From: a plasmid
Strand: one strand, 5' to 3'
Sequence record: NZ_CP118992.1
DNA: 64,000 bases
Numbering within the stretch: the stretch's first letter is position 1; each line of letters begins with the position of its first letter. Both the position numbers and the translations under genes were made by a program. Positions 1 through 9,344 of this stretch are shown piece by piece. Below the pieces are notes generated by a model, which did no database searches, was not told the origin of the DNA, and saw only the letters and a program-made list of their open reading frames with translations.

Positions 1-1197
1 ATGGCTCGACAATCCACCGTCGCAGCACGCGACGAAGCACCGACACAGCGGTTTTTTCAGGGCGGCACCGCCCTGAATCGCGTGCTGCTTGAAGCTCCTT
101 ACCTGCCCCGGTGCTCCGACGATAAGACCGCTACGCGCATCCGTCCTCGTGAGTACGCGATTCGCTATCCATACATGCAGGTCAATCGACCGGGCATGGT
201 GAGCTGGCTGATCTTCGACCTCGATCACTCAAACGCGCTCATCTGGGAGGATGCGGGCTTGCCAGCCCCCAACCTGATCGTGCGCAACCGCAAGAGTGGC
301 CATAGCCACCTGTACTACGCCATCCCCCCCGTTTGCACGACAGAAAGCGCCCGCTCAAAACCCATCGCCTACATGAAGGCGATCTACGAGGCGTTCGCCG
401 CCCGTCTGGACGCTGACACAGACTTCCACAGCGGGCCGGTCGCCAAAACTCCCGGCCATCCGTGGTGGCTGACATGGGAGATACACAGCCACATCTATGA
501 GCTGGGCGAGCTGGCCGACTATGTGGAGCTGGCCGTGTCCTCGCCGTGGGGTAAAGGGCCGCAGCTCGATGAGGTCAGCCATTCGCGGCACTGCATCTTG
601 TTCGAGCACCTGCGCTACTACGCCTATTCCATCGTCAACCGCGAGCGCGAAAAGGGGTCATTCTCGACCTTCACCCGCTTGCTGGAAGCCTACGCACATA
701 ACCGCAACAGTTTCCATAAGCTCGGCTTCTCCGGCGACCTGCCCCTGTCCTCGCTGCGTGCCACGGTGAAATCGGTCGCCCGCTGGACATGGGATCGTTA
801 CCGGGGTGATAGCCGCTGCCATCGAGGCGTGATGCAGCTCGATAAGGACTTGCCGCTGGTTGAGCGGCAGCGACTTGCAGCCGCACGCACGCACGAGGTC
901 AGGCAGAAGGCCACAGAGTCCAAGATTCGGGCTGCCTGCCGCCAGCTCCAGCAGAAGGGCGAAACCCTCACTCAAGCCGCTATTGCGCGTCTGGCGGGCC
1001 TCTCTCGACAGACCGTCGCGGCCTACAAGCATGTCCTGACCGAAGTGCTCAAACCAGCAGTTGTCGCCGTATTGGAGGTGGTCGCAGCACCCAGATCGGA
1101 TGTTAAGCATGGTGTACATCAGGTATCTGCCCCCCGTGCCTCTGTGGTTGATTTGATCGCCAAGGGGTTCGATTTGGAGCCTGTCGATTCTTCGTAG
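1..1197 (+). CDS. Plasmid replication initiator of the Replicase family (ColE2/PF03090-like, primase-type Rep); may extend upstream of the window.
   Basis: 398-aa ORF carrying the motif WLIFDLDH...NLIVRNRKSGHSHLYYAI typical of Replicase-family Rep proteins. A truncated paralog at 24407..24901 shares the same motifs. Confidence 0.7.
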   Translation: MARQSTVAARDEAPTQRFFQGGTALNRVLLEAPYLPRCSDDKTATRIRPREYAIRYPYMQVNRPGMVSWLIFDLDHSNALIWEDAGLPAPNLIVRNRKSGHSHLYYAIPPVCTTESARSKPIAYMKAIYEAFAARLDADTDFHSGPVAKTPGHPWWLTWEIHSHIYELGELADYVELAVSSPWGKGPQLDEVSHSRHCILFEHLRYYAYSIVNREREKGSFSTFTRLLEAYAHNRNSFHKLGFSGDLPLSSLRATVKSVARWTWDRYRGDSRCHRGVMQLDKDLPLVERQRLAAARTHEVRQKATESKIRAACRQLQQKGETLTQAAIARLAGLSRQTVAAYKHVLTEVLKPAVVAVLEVVAAPRSDVKHGVHQVSAPRASVVDLIAKGFDLEPVDSS

Positions 1198-1679
1198 TGC
1201 AGTCCGGGGGGCTTTCGCTTTTGAGTAGCCCTAGCATTTCGGGGGTGATGGCAAAGAGATCATTTAGCCCTGAGCTGCTGGAGTCGCTTCGGTCGATGGT
1301 TGTGACAAAAGCTCTTGATGCCCTCGGGTTGCATTGGAAGCGCGATCAGGATTTTCAGCCGGTGAAGGATGCGGCCACTCTCCGGTTGCATGTTGCAGTT
1401 GGTGGCCAGGTTTTTCGATACCCGTGCAGACAAAGGTGGTGGCGGTGCGATTGATTTGGCTATGCACCTCCTGCGGCTCGACTTCGTTGCGGCGGTAAAG
1501 CGGTTGTCGTCCTCGCGTGTTTCCAGCGTTTGAGTGGTTGATTTCAAGCCTTTGGCGACCGCGAAACCTTGCCGGTTTCGGGCTTCCTGCGTCCGATCTT
1601 GCCGGACTGGCCGCGTGGGCAGGCTCGGCGGGCTACGCCCTTGAACCTACCCACCGCCCTCCTTACGGCTACTCGTCAT

Positions 1680-1949
1680 TTAAAAAATGACCGGAGCTAC
1701 TTGAAAAGCAGCTTGCTGCTTCCTGCCGGTGGTGTCGTGACGCCAAGATGGTGATGTGTTTTCACTTGCCCATCGGAGGGCCAAGTCATGCAAGTCACCA
1801 TCCGTCGATTTCCCTGTGCTCGTGTTCGAGCGTTCGTTCACGTCGAACGTGTCTTCTAGGCCGCGTGCTGCATCGGTGACGATCTCGTCGAGCCTGTCCT
1901 GCTGGCCGAGGTCTGCCAGCGCGAAGCGGTCTGGCCGCATCTTCACCAA
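1680..1949 (-). CDS. Hypothetical small protein (89 aa), divergent from kfrA.
   Basis: ORF with high GC at third codon positions in the kfrA upstream region; no recognisable family. A short T-rich hairpin (ggtcattttttaaatgacc) lies at its 3' end. Confidence 0.2.
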   Translation of the reverse strand: MVKMRPDRFALADLGQQDRLDEIVTDAARGLEDTFDVNERSNTSTGKSTDGDLHDLALRWASENTSPSWRHDTTGRKQQAAFQVAPVIF

Positions 1950-2075
1950 TGCCCTCTGCGGAGCCGGGCGACGGCGACGGAATAGCGCAGTCTTTCCGGC
2001 GTCGGCGGCTGGCCAGCCAACGCGCCGCAGGCGAGGCGGCAGCTCGTGCTCGACATCCGGGAGGACAGGCGACCT

Positions 2076-2135
2076 TTTTAGTTTGTTAGTTTATTTGTTT
2101 GTTCGTTTCTTCGTTTGTTGTGTTATAATGAGGTC
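2076..2135 (+). promoter_or_regulatory. Putative kfrA promoter/operator region: T-rich TTTGTT-type repeats followed by a TATAAT -10 box.
   Basis: Sequence tttgttagtttatttgtttgttcgtttcttcgtttgttgtgttataat lies ~25 bp upstream of a GGAGGA RBS and the ATG at 2157. Confidence 0.35.
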
Positions 2136-2156
2136 ATCATGTGATGGAGGATCGGT

Positions 2157-3210
2157 TATGCGCCCTGCTGAGTTTTCCCCGGAAGAGATCGTTGCGGCTG
2201 GTGAAGCCCTTGTGGCCGCTGGTCGCAATGTGACCGGCTTTGCCCTGCGCCAGAAGGTCGGTGGCGGCAACCCCAATCGCCTCAAGCAAGTGTGGGACGA
2301 GCATTTGGCTGCGAAGAACACGACGGAGGCTGAGCCTGTGGCGGAGCTGCCGGTCGAGGTGGCTGAGGAGGTCGCTGCTGTCACCAAGTCGCTGACAGAG
2401 CGACTTGCGACGCTGGCCGTCGAGCTGAACGACAAGGCGGTCAAGGCTGCTGAGCGCCGGGTCGCCGAAGTGTTGCGCACTGCTGGTGAGCAGCGTGAGC
2501 AGGCGGAGCGGGAGCTGGTCGATGCCGCACAGACGGTTGACGAGCTGGAGACACGGTTGGACGAGTCGCAGGCGGAAGTTGAATCGCTGGAAAGGCGGCT
2601 CAGTGAGGCTCAGTCTCATGGGCAGGCGCAGGCTGTTGAGCTGGCCCAGTTGCGTGAGCGTCTGGTTGCCACTGAGCAAGCTGCACGGGCCACTGCTGAT
2701 GCCCACGAAGCCGTGCGCTCGGAGCTGGATGCTGCCCGTCGCGACGCAGGCGTGAAGATCGAGGCGCTGCGGGATGAGCTGGCTCAGTTGCGTGAGCGAT
2801 TGGCGGCGTCTGAACAAGCGGCCAAGGTTTCAGCGGAAACTCACGCTCGCGATCTGGAGCAGGCGCACTCTGAAACGAAGACGGTACGGGCCGAGCTTGA
2901 TGCGGCTCGTCGTGAGGCGGCAGAGAAGATTGAGGCGCTGCGAGGTGAGTTGGCCGAGCAAAAGGCCAAAGCCGCTGCTGATGCTCAGGCACACGCCGAT
3001 TACCGGGCGCGGATGGAGCAGGATGCAGCGCGGATTACCGAGCTGCTGGGGCAGGCAAAAGAGGCTCAGGAGGTTGCCCGGCATGATGCGTCAGAAGCCC
3101 GTGAATCTGCTGCAAAGCTGGCGGGTCAGTTGGAGGCTGTACAGGCTCAGAATGCCACTCTACTTGCTGCTGTCCAGCAGAGGTCTGATCGCGGTTCGGG
3201 TGGCAAATGA
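2157..3210 (+). CDS. kfrA: KfrA-like plasmid coiled-coil DNA-binding protein.
   Basis: N-terminus FSPEEIVAAGEALVAAGRNVTGFALRQKVGGGNPNRLKQVW matches the KfrA_N DNA-binding domain, followed by a long Ala/Glu/Arg/Leu-rich coiled-coil. A GGAGGA RBS sits 5 nt upstream. The track ORF 1756..3210 is an unsupported upstream extension. Confidence 0.75.
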
Positions 3211-3386
3211 GTCAAGGATATGCGTCGGGTGATGTGAGGCTGCTGACCCCGGCAGAGCTGGATGCTTTGCGTGATGAAATGCAACGTGATGGCGAGTGGG
3301 CGCGTGAAGAGCTAGCTCGTCGTCGAGCGGCAAGGATTGCCACGGTTCAAGCCGCGCTTGAGGATGACGACAATGCCGACACCTGA
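3207..3386 (+). CDS. Small ORF (59 aa) translationally coupled to kfrA (ATGA overlap).
   Basis: ATG at 3207 overlaps the kfrA TGA (3208-3210). The acidic C-terminus resembles the small ORFs that follow kfrA in other plasmids. Confidence 0.3.
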   Translation: MSQGYASGDVRLLTPAELDALRDEMQRDGEWAREELARRRAARIATVQAALEDDDNADT

Positions 3387-3549
3387 TGAACTACAGCAAC
3401 TCTCAGATGAAATCCGCCGTGCTGGTGCGATGCTCGTTCAGGTGGCCCATGACGGCGATCCTGAAATCCTGATGATGATCGTCAATGTTCTTAACGCATG
3501 TGCAGCAAAACCTGCATGGTGGGCGCGTGAGGCGCAGGCTGCTGGGTAG
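3373..3549 (+). CDS. Small ORF (58 aa) overlapping the previous ORF's stop.
   Basis: ATG at 3373 lies within ATGCCGACACCTGA, overlapping the stop of ORF 3207..3386. Function unknown. Confidence 0.25.
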   Translation: MPTPDELQQLSDEIRRAGAMLVQVAHDGDPEILMMIVNVLNACAAKPAWWAREAQAAG

Positions 3550-3680
3550 CGTCACCAGCCCAAGCTGGCAACTGAAAACCCCATAGAAGCAGGCAGGCCG
3601 TAACGGTCAGGGTGATAGTTCCAAATGCGTGGCTGTGTTTGCGGTGGGTCATGAAATTCTCCTGTAATTCAATCGTTCTC

Positions 3681-4403
3681 TCATTCGAACTCCCGCCCTT
3701 CGCCAGCTTCCTCATGGGTTACACCGTCGCGGATGTGGTAGATGCGCTTGAAGGTCGGGATGATCTTTTCGTCATGGGTGACGACGATGATGGCGGTCTC
3801 GAACTTGCGGGCCATGTCGTTGAGGATGCGGATTACAGCCATGGCGCGCTCAGAATCCAGCGGCGCAGTGGGTTCATCGGCCAGGATCACTGGCGGGCGA
3901 TTGACCAATCCGCGCGCGATGGCAACCCGTTGCTGCTCGCCACCGGAGAGTTGCGAGGGCATTGCGCGAGCTCGGTGTTGCACATCAAGCGCCGTGAGCA
4001 ATTCCAGTGCCTTCGCGCGCGACTCTCCATTCGCGACGCCTGCAAGCATCGGCAACAGCGCCACGTTGTCGGTGACATCGAGAAACGGAATCAGGTATGG
4101 TGCTTGGAAAACGAAACCGATCTTGTCGCGCCGCAAGGCGCGCAAGTCGCGGACTTTCCAGCCATCGTCGTAGATCACTTCATCGCCCAGCGTCATGCGA
4201 CCAGCGGTCGGTTCGATCACCGCACCCAGACATTTGAGCAGCGTGCTCTTGCCGGACCCGGAAGGGCCGATCAGCCCCACCACTTCACCTGGCGCAACAT
4301 GCATATTCACGTCTTTCAAGGCAAAGACAGCGGTGTCACCATCGCCATACCGCTTGCTCAAACTTTCGATGTGGATGCCTTTGCCACTCATCTCAACCTC
4401 CAA
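3681..4403 (-). CDS. ABC transporter ATP-binding protein (MacB/LolD/DevA-type, paired with an FtsX-like permease).
   Basis: Walker A GPSGSGKST, ABC signature LSGGEQQRVAIARAL and Walker B ILADEPT are all present. Confidence 0.85.
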   Translation of the reverse strand: MEVEMSGKGIHIESLSKRYGDGDTAVFALKDVNMHVAPGEVVGLIGPSGSGKSTLLKCLGAVIEPTAGRMTLGDEVIYDDGWKVRDLRALRRDKIGFVFQAPYLIPFLDVTDNVALLPMLAGVANGESRAKALELLTALDVQHRARAMPSQLSGGEQQRVAIARGLVNRPPVILADEPTAPLDSERAMAVIRILNDMARKFETAIIVVTHDEKIIPTFKRIYHIRDGVTHEEAGEGREFE

Positions 4404-5598
4404 TGGCTTCGGCCGGATCGACCTTGAGTGCCATGCGAATGGCGACGATGCTGGCCAGCACGCAAATCACTAGCACGGCAAAAAAACCGGTCACGGAATC
4501 CATTGGCGTGAGCAGCACATATTTGGGGAACAGGGGGGCTGAGAAAGTGGCGGTGATCTTGCCGACCACGAAGCCAATCACCCCCAAGGCGAGCGCCTGC
4601 TGCATGATCATCGCGGCGATAGTTCGGTTGCGTGTGCCGATGAGCTTCAATACCGCGATCTCGCGGATTTTGTCCATCGTCAGCGAGTAGATGATGAAAG
4701 CGACGATGGCCGCGCTAACGATGGCCAGAATCACCAAGAACATGCCTATCTGTTTGGCCGACGTGGCGATCAACTTGCCGACGAGGATGTCTTCCATCTG
4801 TGCCCGAGTGTAGACCGTCAATCGCTTCCAGCGTCGGATGGATTCGGCAACCCTGTCCGGCGCATGACCAGGTTTTAGAGTGACCAGCACTGCATTGACG
4901 AACGCGTTGGTGCTCTGTGAAGCAATCACGGCATCCAGCAAACCAGGAACACCGGGTCTATTGAAGGCCGGGTTGGCTTCGGTGCGACGCCGGCTTTGCC
5001 AAATGGCGTCGTTATCCTTGAGGAACTGAGCCTCTTGGGCATCCTTGAGCGGAATGAATACCATCGGGTCGCCGCTGGAAGACACCATGCGCCGAGTCAG
5101 CCCAACGACGGTGTAATGATTACGGCGAATGACAAGACGATCTCCCAGTTTGAAGCCGGTGGCGATGTCGGCCACTGCCTCGTAGTGACCGCGCGTGATC
5201 TGGCGTCCAGCGACGAGATAAGGAGGCCATCCAGGTGTAGCCCCCAACGCGCCGGGCGCGATGCCGACCACCATGGTACGTACATCTCTCTCGCCCTTGC
5301 GTACCTGCATGGTCAGGTAGGTCACGTTCGCTGCCTGGGCGACTCCCGGCATGGCGAGGATGGCGCGATACACGTCATCGTTGAGGCTTGACGACTCCGC
5401 ATAAGGACCCAGAGTATCCTTTTGCACCACCCAAAGGTCGGCGCCACTGTTGTCGAGCAGCGCCTTGCCGTCGTCCACCATGCCCCGGTACACCCCGGCC
5501 ATGACCAGGGTGACGCCGATCAGCAGACCCAGCCCGATGCCAGTGAAGACGAACTTTCCCCAGGCATGGAGAATGTCGCGGCCGGCCAGGCTGATCAT
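4393..5598 (-). CDS. ABC transporter permease, FtsX-like/MacB family.
   Basis: 401-aa membrane protein with an N-terminal TM helix, a large periplasmic domain and C-terminal TM helices. Its end overlaps the ATPase gene start by 11 nt. Confidence 0.8.
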   Translation of the reverse strand: MISLAGRDILHAWGKFVFTGIGLGLLIGVTLVMAGVYRGMVDDGKALLDNSGADLWVVQKDTLGPYAESSSLNDDVYRAILAMPGVAQAANVTYLTMQVRKGERDVRTMVVGIAPGALGATPGWPPYLVAGRQITRGHYEAVADIATGFKLGDRLVIRRNHYTVVGLTRRMVSSSGDPMVFIPLKDAQEAQFLKDNDAIWQSRRRTEANPAFNRPGVPGLLDAVIASQSTNAFVNAVLVTLKPGHAPDRVAESIRRWKRLTVYTRAQMEDILVGKLIATSAKQIGMFLVILAIVSAAIVAFIIYSLTMDKIREIAVLKLIGTRNRTIAAMIMQQALALGVIGFVVGKITATFSAPLFPKYVLLTPMDSVTGFFAVLVICVLASIVAIRMALKVDPAEAIGG

Positions 5599-6746
5599 CG
5601 TGACACTCCTGGGATATGGTCGACCACATGGATGCGGCTGCGCGCCGTCAGTGCCTTTTCGCTATAGGTCACAATCTGGTCCCCATTCTTGAGCCCTTCG
5701 CGCACCTGCACGTAACCATTGAGGTCGGAAGCACCGAGCTTGACCGGGGAGAAATGCAGATCACCATCCACCATTTGCCAGACACCAACTTTGTCGCCCT
5801 CACGCTGGACGGCAGCGTTCGGGATCAGTGGAGCGGCCGGGAGCGCCGGCAAGTCAACCGTGACTTCGGCCAATTCACCCACCGGTGGCAAAGGTTCTGG
5901 TTTGTTATCGAATGTCACCTTGGCAAGCGTTTCCTCGGTTACCGCGTCGGCCTTGGGTTCCACCCGCAACACGCGACCTTTCAAAGTCTGGCCACCACGC
6001 GAACGCAGGACGATACGAGCCGGCAGCCTCCCAGCCAGCCCCGATGCGCTGATCTGGTCGAAGCGCGCATTGATCCACAAACTCTTGGGGTCGATTACTT
6101 CCACCACGGCCTCGCCCGCGACGATGGTCGTGCCGGGATCGGCATCGCGCACGGCGACTACACCGTCGACCGGCGCGATCAGGCGCAGATTACTCCGCTG
6201 CGCGACGAGTCCTTCGAGGTCGGAGCGTGCCCGGGCAATATCTTCCCGAGCTGCGGATAGGGCGGCATCGGCGATCTGCAGTTCCTGCTGCTTGGTGGTG
6301 ACGATTTCCTCGCTGATAAAACGCACCGCAAACAATTGCTCATAGCGGCGCGCCTGGGTTTGCGCGTAGGCTTGCCGGGCTTCTGCCTCGCGCAAAGCCG
6401 CTTCCGCCCGCTTGAATACAGACTCCTGTGAGCGCACCCGATCATCAAGGTCGACCGGCTCCATCTCGCCGAGCACCTGTCCGGCCTTGACCTGGTCGCC
6501 TACATGCACCTCCAGGCGTTTGACGCGCCCGGCAAACGTCGGCCCGATCTTGTAGGTGTAGCGCGCCTCCACCGTGCCGATGCCGAACAGCGCCGGTGTG
6601 ATAGCCCGTGATTCCACGCTTGCCACCGTCACAGCGACCGGGGCGAGCGGCCCTGATCGCAGACCGACATAAATAAAAAGCACCAGCAAAGGAATGATGA
6701 CGGCAAGCAGCGCCAGGGTGCGGCCTTGCAAGGGTAACTTTTTCAT
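5595..6746 (-). CDS. HlyD/MacA-family periplasmic adaptor (membrane fusion protein).
   Basis: N-terminal TM anchor followed by a coiled-coil region (REAEARQAYAQTQARRYEQL...) and beta-barrel region typical of HlyD_D23 adaptors. Overlaps the permease gene start by 4 nt. Confidence 0.85.
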   Translation of the reverse strand: MKKLPLQGRTLALLAVIIPLLVLFIYVGLRSGPLAPVAVTVASVESRAITPALFGIGTVEARYTYKIGPTFAGRVKRLEVHVGDQVKAGQVLGEMEPVDLDDRVRSQESVFKRAEAALREAEARQAYAQTQARRYEQLFAVRFISEEIVTTKQQELQIADAALSAAREDIARARSDLEGLVAQRSNLRLIAPVDGVVAVRDADPGTTIVAGEAVVEVIDPKSLWINARFDQISASGLAGRLPARIVLRSRGGQTLKGRVLRVEPKADAVTEETLAKVTFDNKPEPLPPVGELAEVTVDLPALPAAPLIPNAAVQREGDKVGVWQMVDGDLHFSPVKLGASDLNGYVQVREGLKNGDQIVTYSEKALTARSRIHVVDHIPGVSR

Positions 6747-7357
6747 TGCGCACTCCTTATGCCACGCCGATAAATTGCAAAGACGCGCGGCGCATCGCGG
6801 TGCATACGTCCCACATCACCCGCCAACAGCGATTGCATGACCAAGCCCTGGATCGTGCCAATGAACAGCGTTGCCGCCGCCTCGTTGTCAAGCGAGGGAG
6901 ACAACTCGCCGCTGGCCTTGCCTTTCTCGATGAGACGATGCAAACGTTCGCCGTAGCGCTGAATCAAGGTTTGCACCATGCGCTTGGCCGGTGTCGATTC
7001 GGCACGCTGAAGCTCACCAAACATCATTCTTGGCACGCCTGGGTGCTCAGCTACGAATTCGATATGACTCATGAACATCGCCTCCATGGCTGCCAAGGGC
7101 GACTCGATTCCTTGTGCGGATCGATCGATTCTGGCTAATAGGCGCTCTGCTACCCACTCCATGACCGCCTGCCAAATGGCTTCCTTGTTCGGGAAGTGCC
7201 GAAACAGCGCACCCTGGGTCAAGTTCATGTGTTTAGCGATAGCCGCAGTGGTTATCTCGCTTGGGTTTTGTGAACCGGCAAGCGCCACGACGGACTCGAC
7301 AGTTACGGCACGACGTTCATCGGCCGGCAGATGCTTTGGATGGGTGTCCACGAGCAC
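6743..7357 (-). CDS. TetR/AcrR-family transcriptional regulator, first gene of the efflux operon.
   Basis: N-terminal HTH (TTAAIAKHMNLTQGALFRHFPNKEAIWQAV) typical of TetR_N. Overlaps the adaptor gene start by 4 nt, and a perfect palindrome sits immediately upstream. Confidence 0.85.
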   Translation of the reverse strand: MLVDTHPKHLPADERRAVTVESVVALAGSQNPSEITTAAIAKHMNLTQGALFRHFPNKEAIWQAVMEWVAERLLARIDRSAQGIESPLAAMEAMFMSHIEFVAEHPGVPRMMFGELQRAESTPAKRMVQTLIQRYGERLHRLIEKGKASGELSPSLDNEAAATLFIGTIQGLVMQSLLAGDVGRMHRDAPRVFAIYRRGIRSAQ

Positions 7358-7359
7358 TC

Positions 7360-7391
7360 CCTGTAAGATAGTAATTAATTACTATCTTACA
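7360..7391. promoter_or_regulatory. Perfect 32-bp palindrome CTGTAAGATAGTAATTAATTACTATCTTACAG; putative TetR operator.
   Basis: Exact inverted repeat centred on AATT, directly abutting the tetR start codon. The duplicated copy at 25003..25034 has a degenerate left arm. Confidence 0.5.
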
Positions 7392-7455
7392 GCAAGAGGC
7401 AACTCAAACAAGAGAAAACCCGACGTACTCGTCAATATCTAGAGTCTGCAATGGG

Positions 7456-7493
7456 CTTAACGTGCTTTATTTTCCGTTTTCTGAGACGTCCCC
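7456..7493. repeat. 38-bp Tn3-family terminal inverted repeat of the Tn21 subgroup; GGGG end at 7490-7493.
   Basis: CTTAACGTGCTTTATTTTCCGTTTTCTGAGACGTCCCC is the reverse complement of GGGGACGTCTCAGAAAACGGAAAATAAAGCACGTTAAG (Tn21-type IR). An identical IR in opposite orientation lies at 24902..24939. Confidence 0.65.
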
Positions 7494-7555
7494 TCATTGA
7501 GCGTGCGCGGTCAGGATGATTGCGATGAAACGCAAACAAATGCCAGTTGGCCGAA

Positions 7556-8169
7556 TCATGCCTTGTCCTCTCGAGTGGTGCGAAACTGGCCCATTGCAAC
7601 GGCCAGCCAGTAGGCCGCCTGATAGTGCGGCCACGCCGCAAGCTTTGGATCGGCTGCGCGATGCTGGACACGCTCATAGAGTGTGCGCACCCGTTCCGCG
7701 ATGGGGCCGTCCGGCTGCTCGATGATGGCGTGCAGCAGCCCGGCAAATGCCTCGTGGTCGCCACGGGTGATGATCTCGTCGATGCCCGCCAACGATTCCA
7801 GCGGATTGCCGGAAAGCCGGACTGACTCTAGCTTCCCCGCCCAGCCTGCCGCCGCTATCTTTCCCATGTCCTCAATCGACACGGGTGTCCCCGATTTAGC
7901 CTTGCCGTCGAGGGCATGGATAAAGCCGTCGATGGTGCCGGTTGCCTCGCCCTCTGCCCCTAGCTGTCGATCCAGCGCACGGCAGACCCACCGCACAAAC
8001 GCCTCCCAGCCCGCCCGCGAGATAACGTCTCGGCCCTCGTGCTGAAAAAAATACTGATCGCGGGCAGTCGTCGGCCATGTCCACCGCAGCAATCGCTGTC
8101 GCCAAATTCTTGGAAGTAGTCAGCCCGCAAAAATAGGAATTGCAGGCTGTTGAGTTTGTCGATTGCCAT
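7556..8169 (-). pseudogene. Hypothetical protein (~204 aa) with the reading frame broken at an A7/T7 homopolymer (8045..8051).
   Basis: Frame starting at 8169 (MAIDKLNSLQ...) and frame 7556..8092 join if one extra T is added at the T7 run. No family recognised. Confidence 0.35.
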
Positions 8170-8172
8170 CTG

Positions 8173-8562
8173 TCAGCCTCTGTCGCTCGCCAGCTCGATC
8201 AGGCATCCGATGTCATCTAGCGCCACGGTCAGCGCGTCGGATCGTGCTTGCCGGACATCGACTTTCATATAGTGGTACTTGGGGCTGCAATATGTCGTTG
8301 CGCCACAGGCATCGGCAAGCGCCTTGATCGCCCACCGCCACCTGTCCCAGTGAGGACGATCCGGCCACTGGTTTCGCTGAGGCCAGTCATCAGGACGGTC
8401 AAGTGGATGCCGCCCGACCTCGATGTCGTCCAGCATCTGCCCGAGGACTACCAGCGCCCGTGCCGCATCCGGTGACGGCTCACCAAGCTCAGTAGACAGG
8501 ACGGCAAGTGCTGGGCGTGCTCTGGCGGCGGCTCGCTGTAGATCGTTCATCGTTGCATCCAT
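8173..8562 (-). CDS. Hypothetical protein (129 aa).
   Basis: ORF whose ATG overlaps the stop of the upstream small ORF (ATGCAACGATGA), suggesting translational coupling; no family recognised. Confidence 0.4.
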   Translation of the reverse strand: MDATMNDLQRAAARARPALAVLSTELGEPSPDAARALVVLGQMLDDIEVGRHPLDRPDDWPQRNQWPDRPHWDRWRWAIKALADACGATTYCSPKYHYMKVDVRQARSDALTVALDDIGCLIELASDRG

Positions 8563-8732
8563 CGTTTCAGTCGCTCGACGAACGTCATCGGTTTCTTTTT
8601 AGCTGGCTCAGTGAGAGGATTCTTTGTTACCCATATGGGTAGTTCAAGAGGCAATACGATTGCTTCCTTGATTACTTTCCTCTCTGTTTCTGTTCCCTTA
8701 CTTGTTGCCACGCATCTACCCTCTTCATGCAC
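8547..8732 (-). CDS. Small hypothetical protein (61 aa).
   Basis: Short ORF between genes 8733..9059 and 8173..8562; its stop overlaps the downstream start. Confidence 0.25.
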   Translation of the reverse strand: MHEEGRCVATSKGTETERKVIKEAIVLPLELPIWVTKNPLTEPAKKKPMTFVERLKRWMQR

Positions 8733-9059
8733 CTATGCCGATGGCTGAGCAGGCTGTTGCTGATCTTCGATAGCCGTTGCACTACCCGCTTCGCGGCCTT
8801 TCTTGCGTGTTGCCGTTCCGCTTCCAGCTCTCTTCAGGTAGCTGCGCAGCGTTGGTGTTGCCAGAGATACACCAAGCTGCTTTAGCTGCTCGCTGACCTG
8901 CTCCAGAGTATAGCCACGGGCCTGCATTGCTTTGATGTCCTTTGCAAGCAGCTTAATGGCCTCTTGCTTGCTGACCGGGCGTTTCTTGTTCTCAACGGCA
9001 GGTAGTTCTTTCAGCTTTGCGCTGATCTGCTCGACATGCTCAACGGTGAGTGTGGCCAT
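8733..9059 (-). CDS. Small basic protein, putative DNA-binding/relaxosome accessory (TraK-like by position).
   Basis: 108-aa ORF divergently transcribed from the mobC-relaxase pair across a candidate oriT. Lys/Arg-rich with a helix-like region (TLEQVSEQLKQLGVSLATPTLRSYLKRA). The family assignment is inferred from position only. Confidence 0.4.
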   Translation of the reverse strand: MATLTVEHVEQISAKLKELPAVENKKRPVSKQEAIKLLAKDIKAMQARGYTLEQVSEQLKQLGVSLATPTLRSYLKRAGSGTATRKKGREAGSATAIEDQQQPAQPSA

Positions 9060-9344
9060 GTGCTTGCTCCATTCCTGTAATCAACAAAACTCGCTTGACA
9101 TCATACGCTTTTGCGTGTTCAGAGGCAACGCGCTATGATAGCAGAATCATGGCTGTAAGCAGACATGCAGGACGGCCATTGTATGACACATGCCGGAACG
9201 CCTCGCGCCACGACCTGTATCATTCAATGGACGCCACTTGTTCGGCGCTGCGCTTCTCACAAGATGGCTCTTTCGTCCTGCCCCCTCGCGCCGGGGGTGG
9301 CGTTTGCAGCTTGCTATCAAGCAGTTTTCAAGGGGGTCGCAAGG
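9060..9344. promoter_or_regulatory. Candidate oriT / divergent promoter region between the TraK-like gene and mobC.
   Basis: Intergenic region between divergent relaxosome genes, the canonical position of oriT in MOBP systems. No nic consensus was confirmed by eye. Confidence 0.3.

Noticed and set aside
1756-2156. Upstream extension of the kfrA ORF (track start 1756).
   Set aside because: The promoter-like T-rich repeats, TATAAT and a GGAGGA RBS sit just before the ATG at 2157. The upstream part is Arg/Ser-rich low-complexity sequence.
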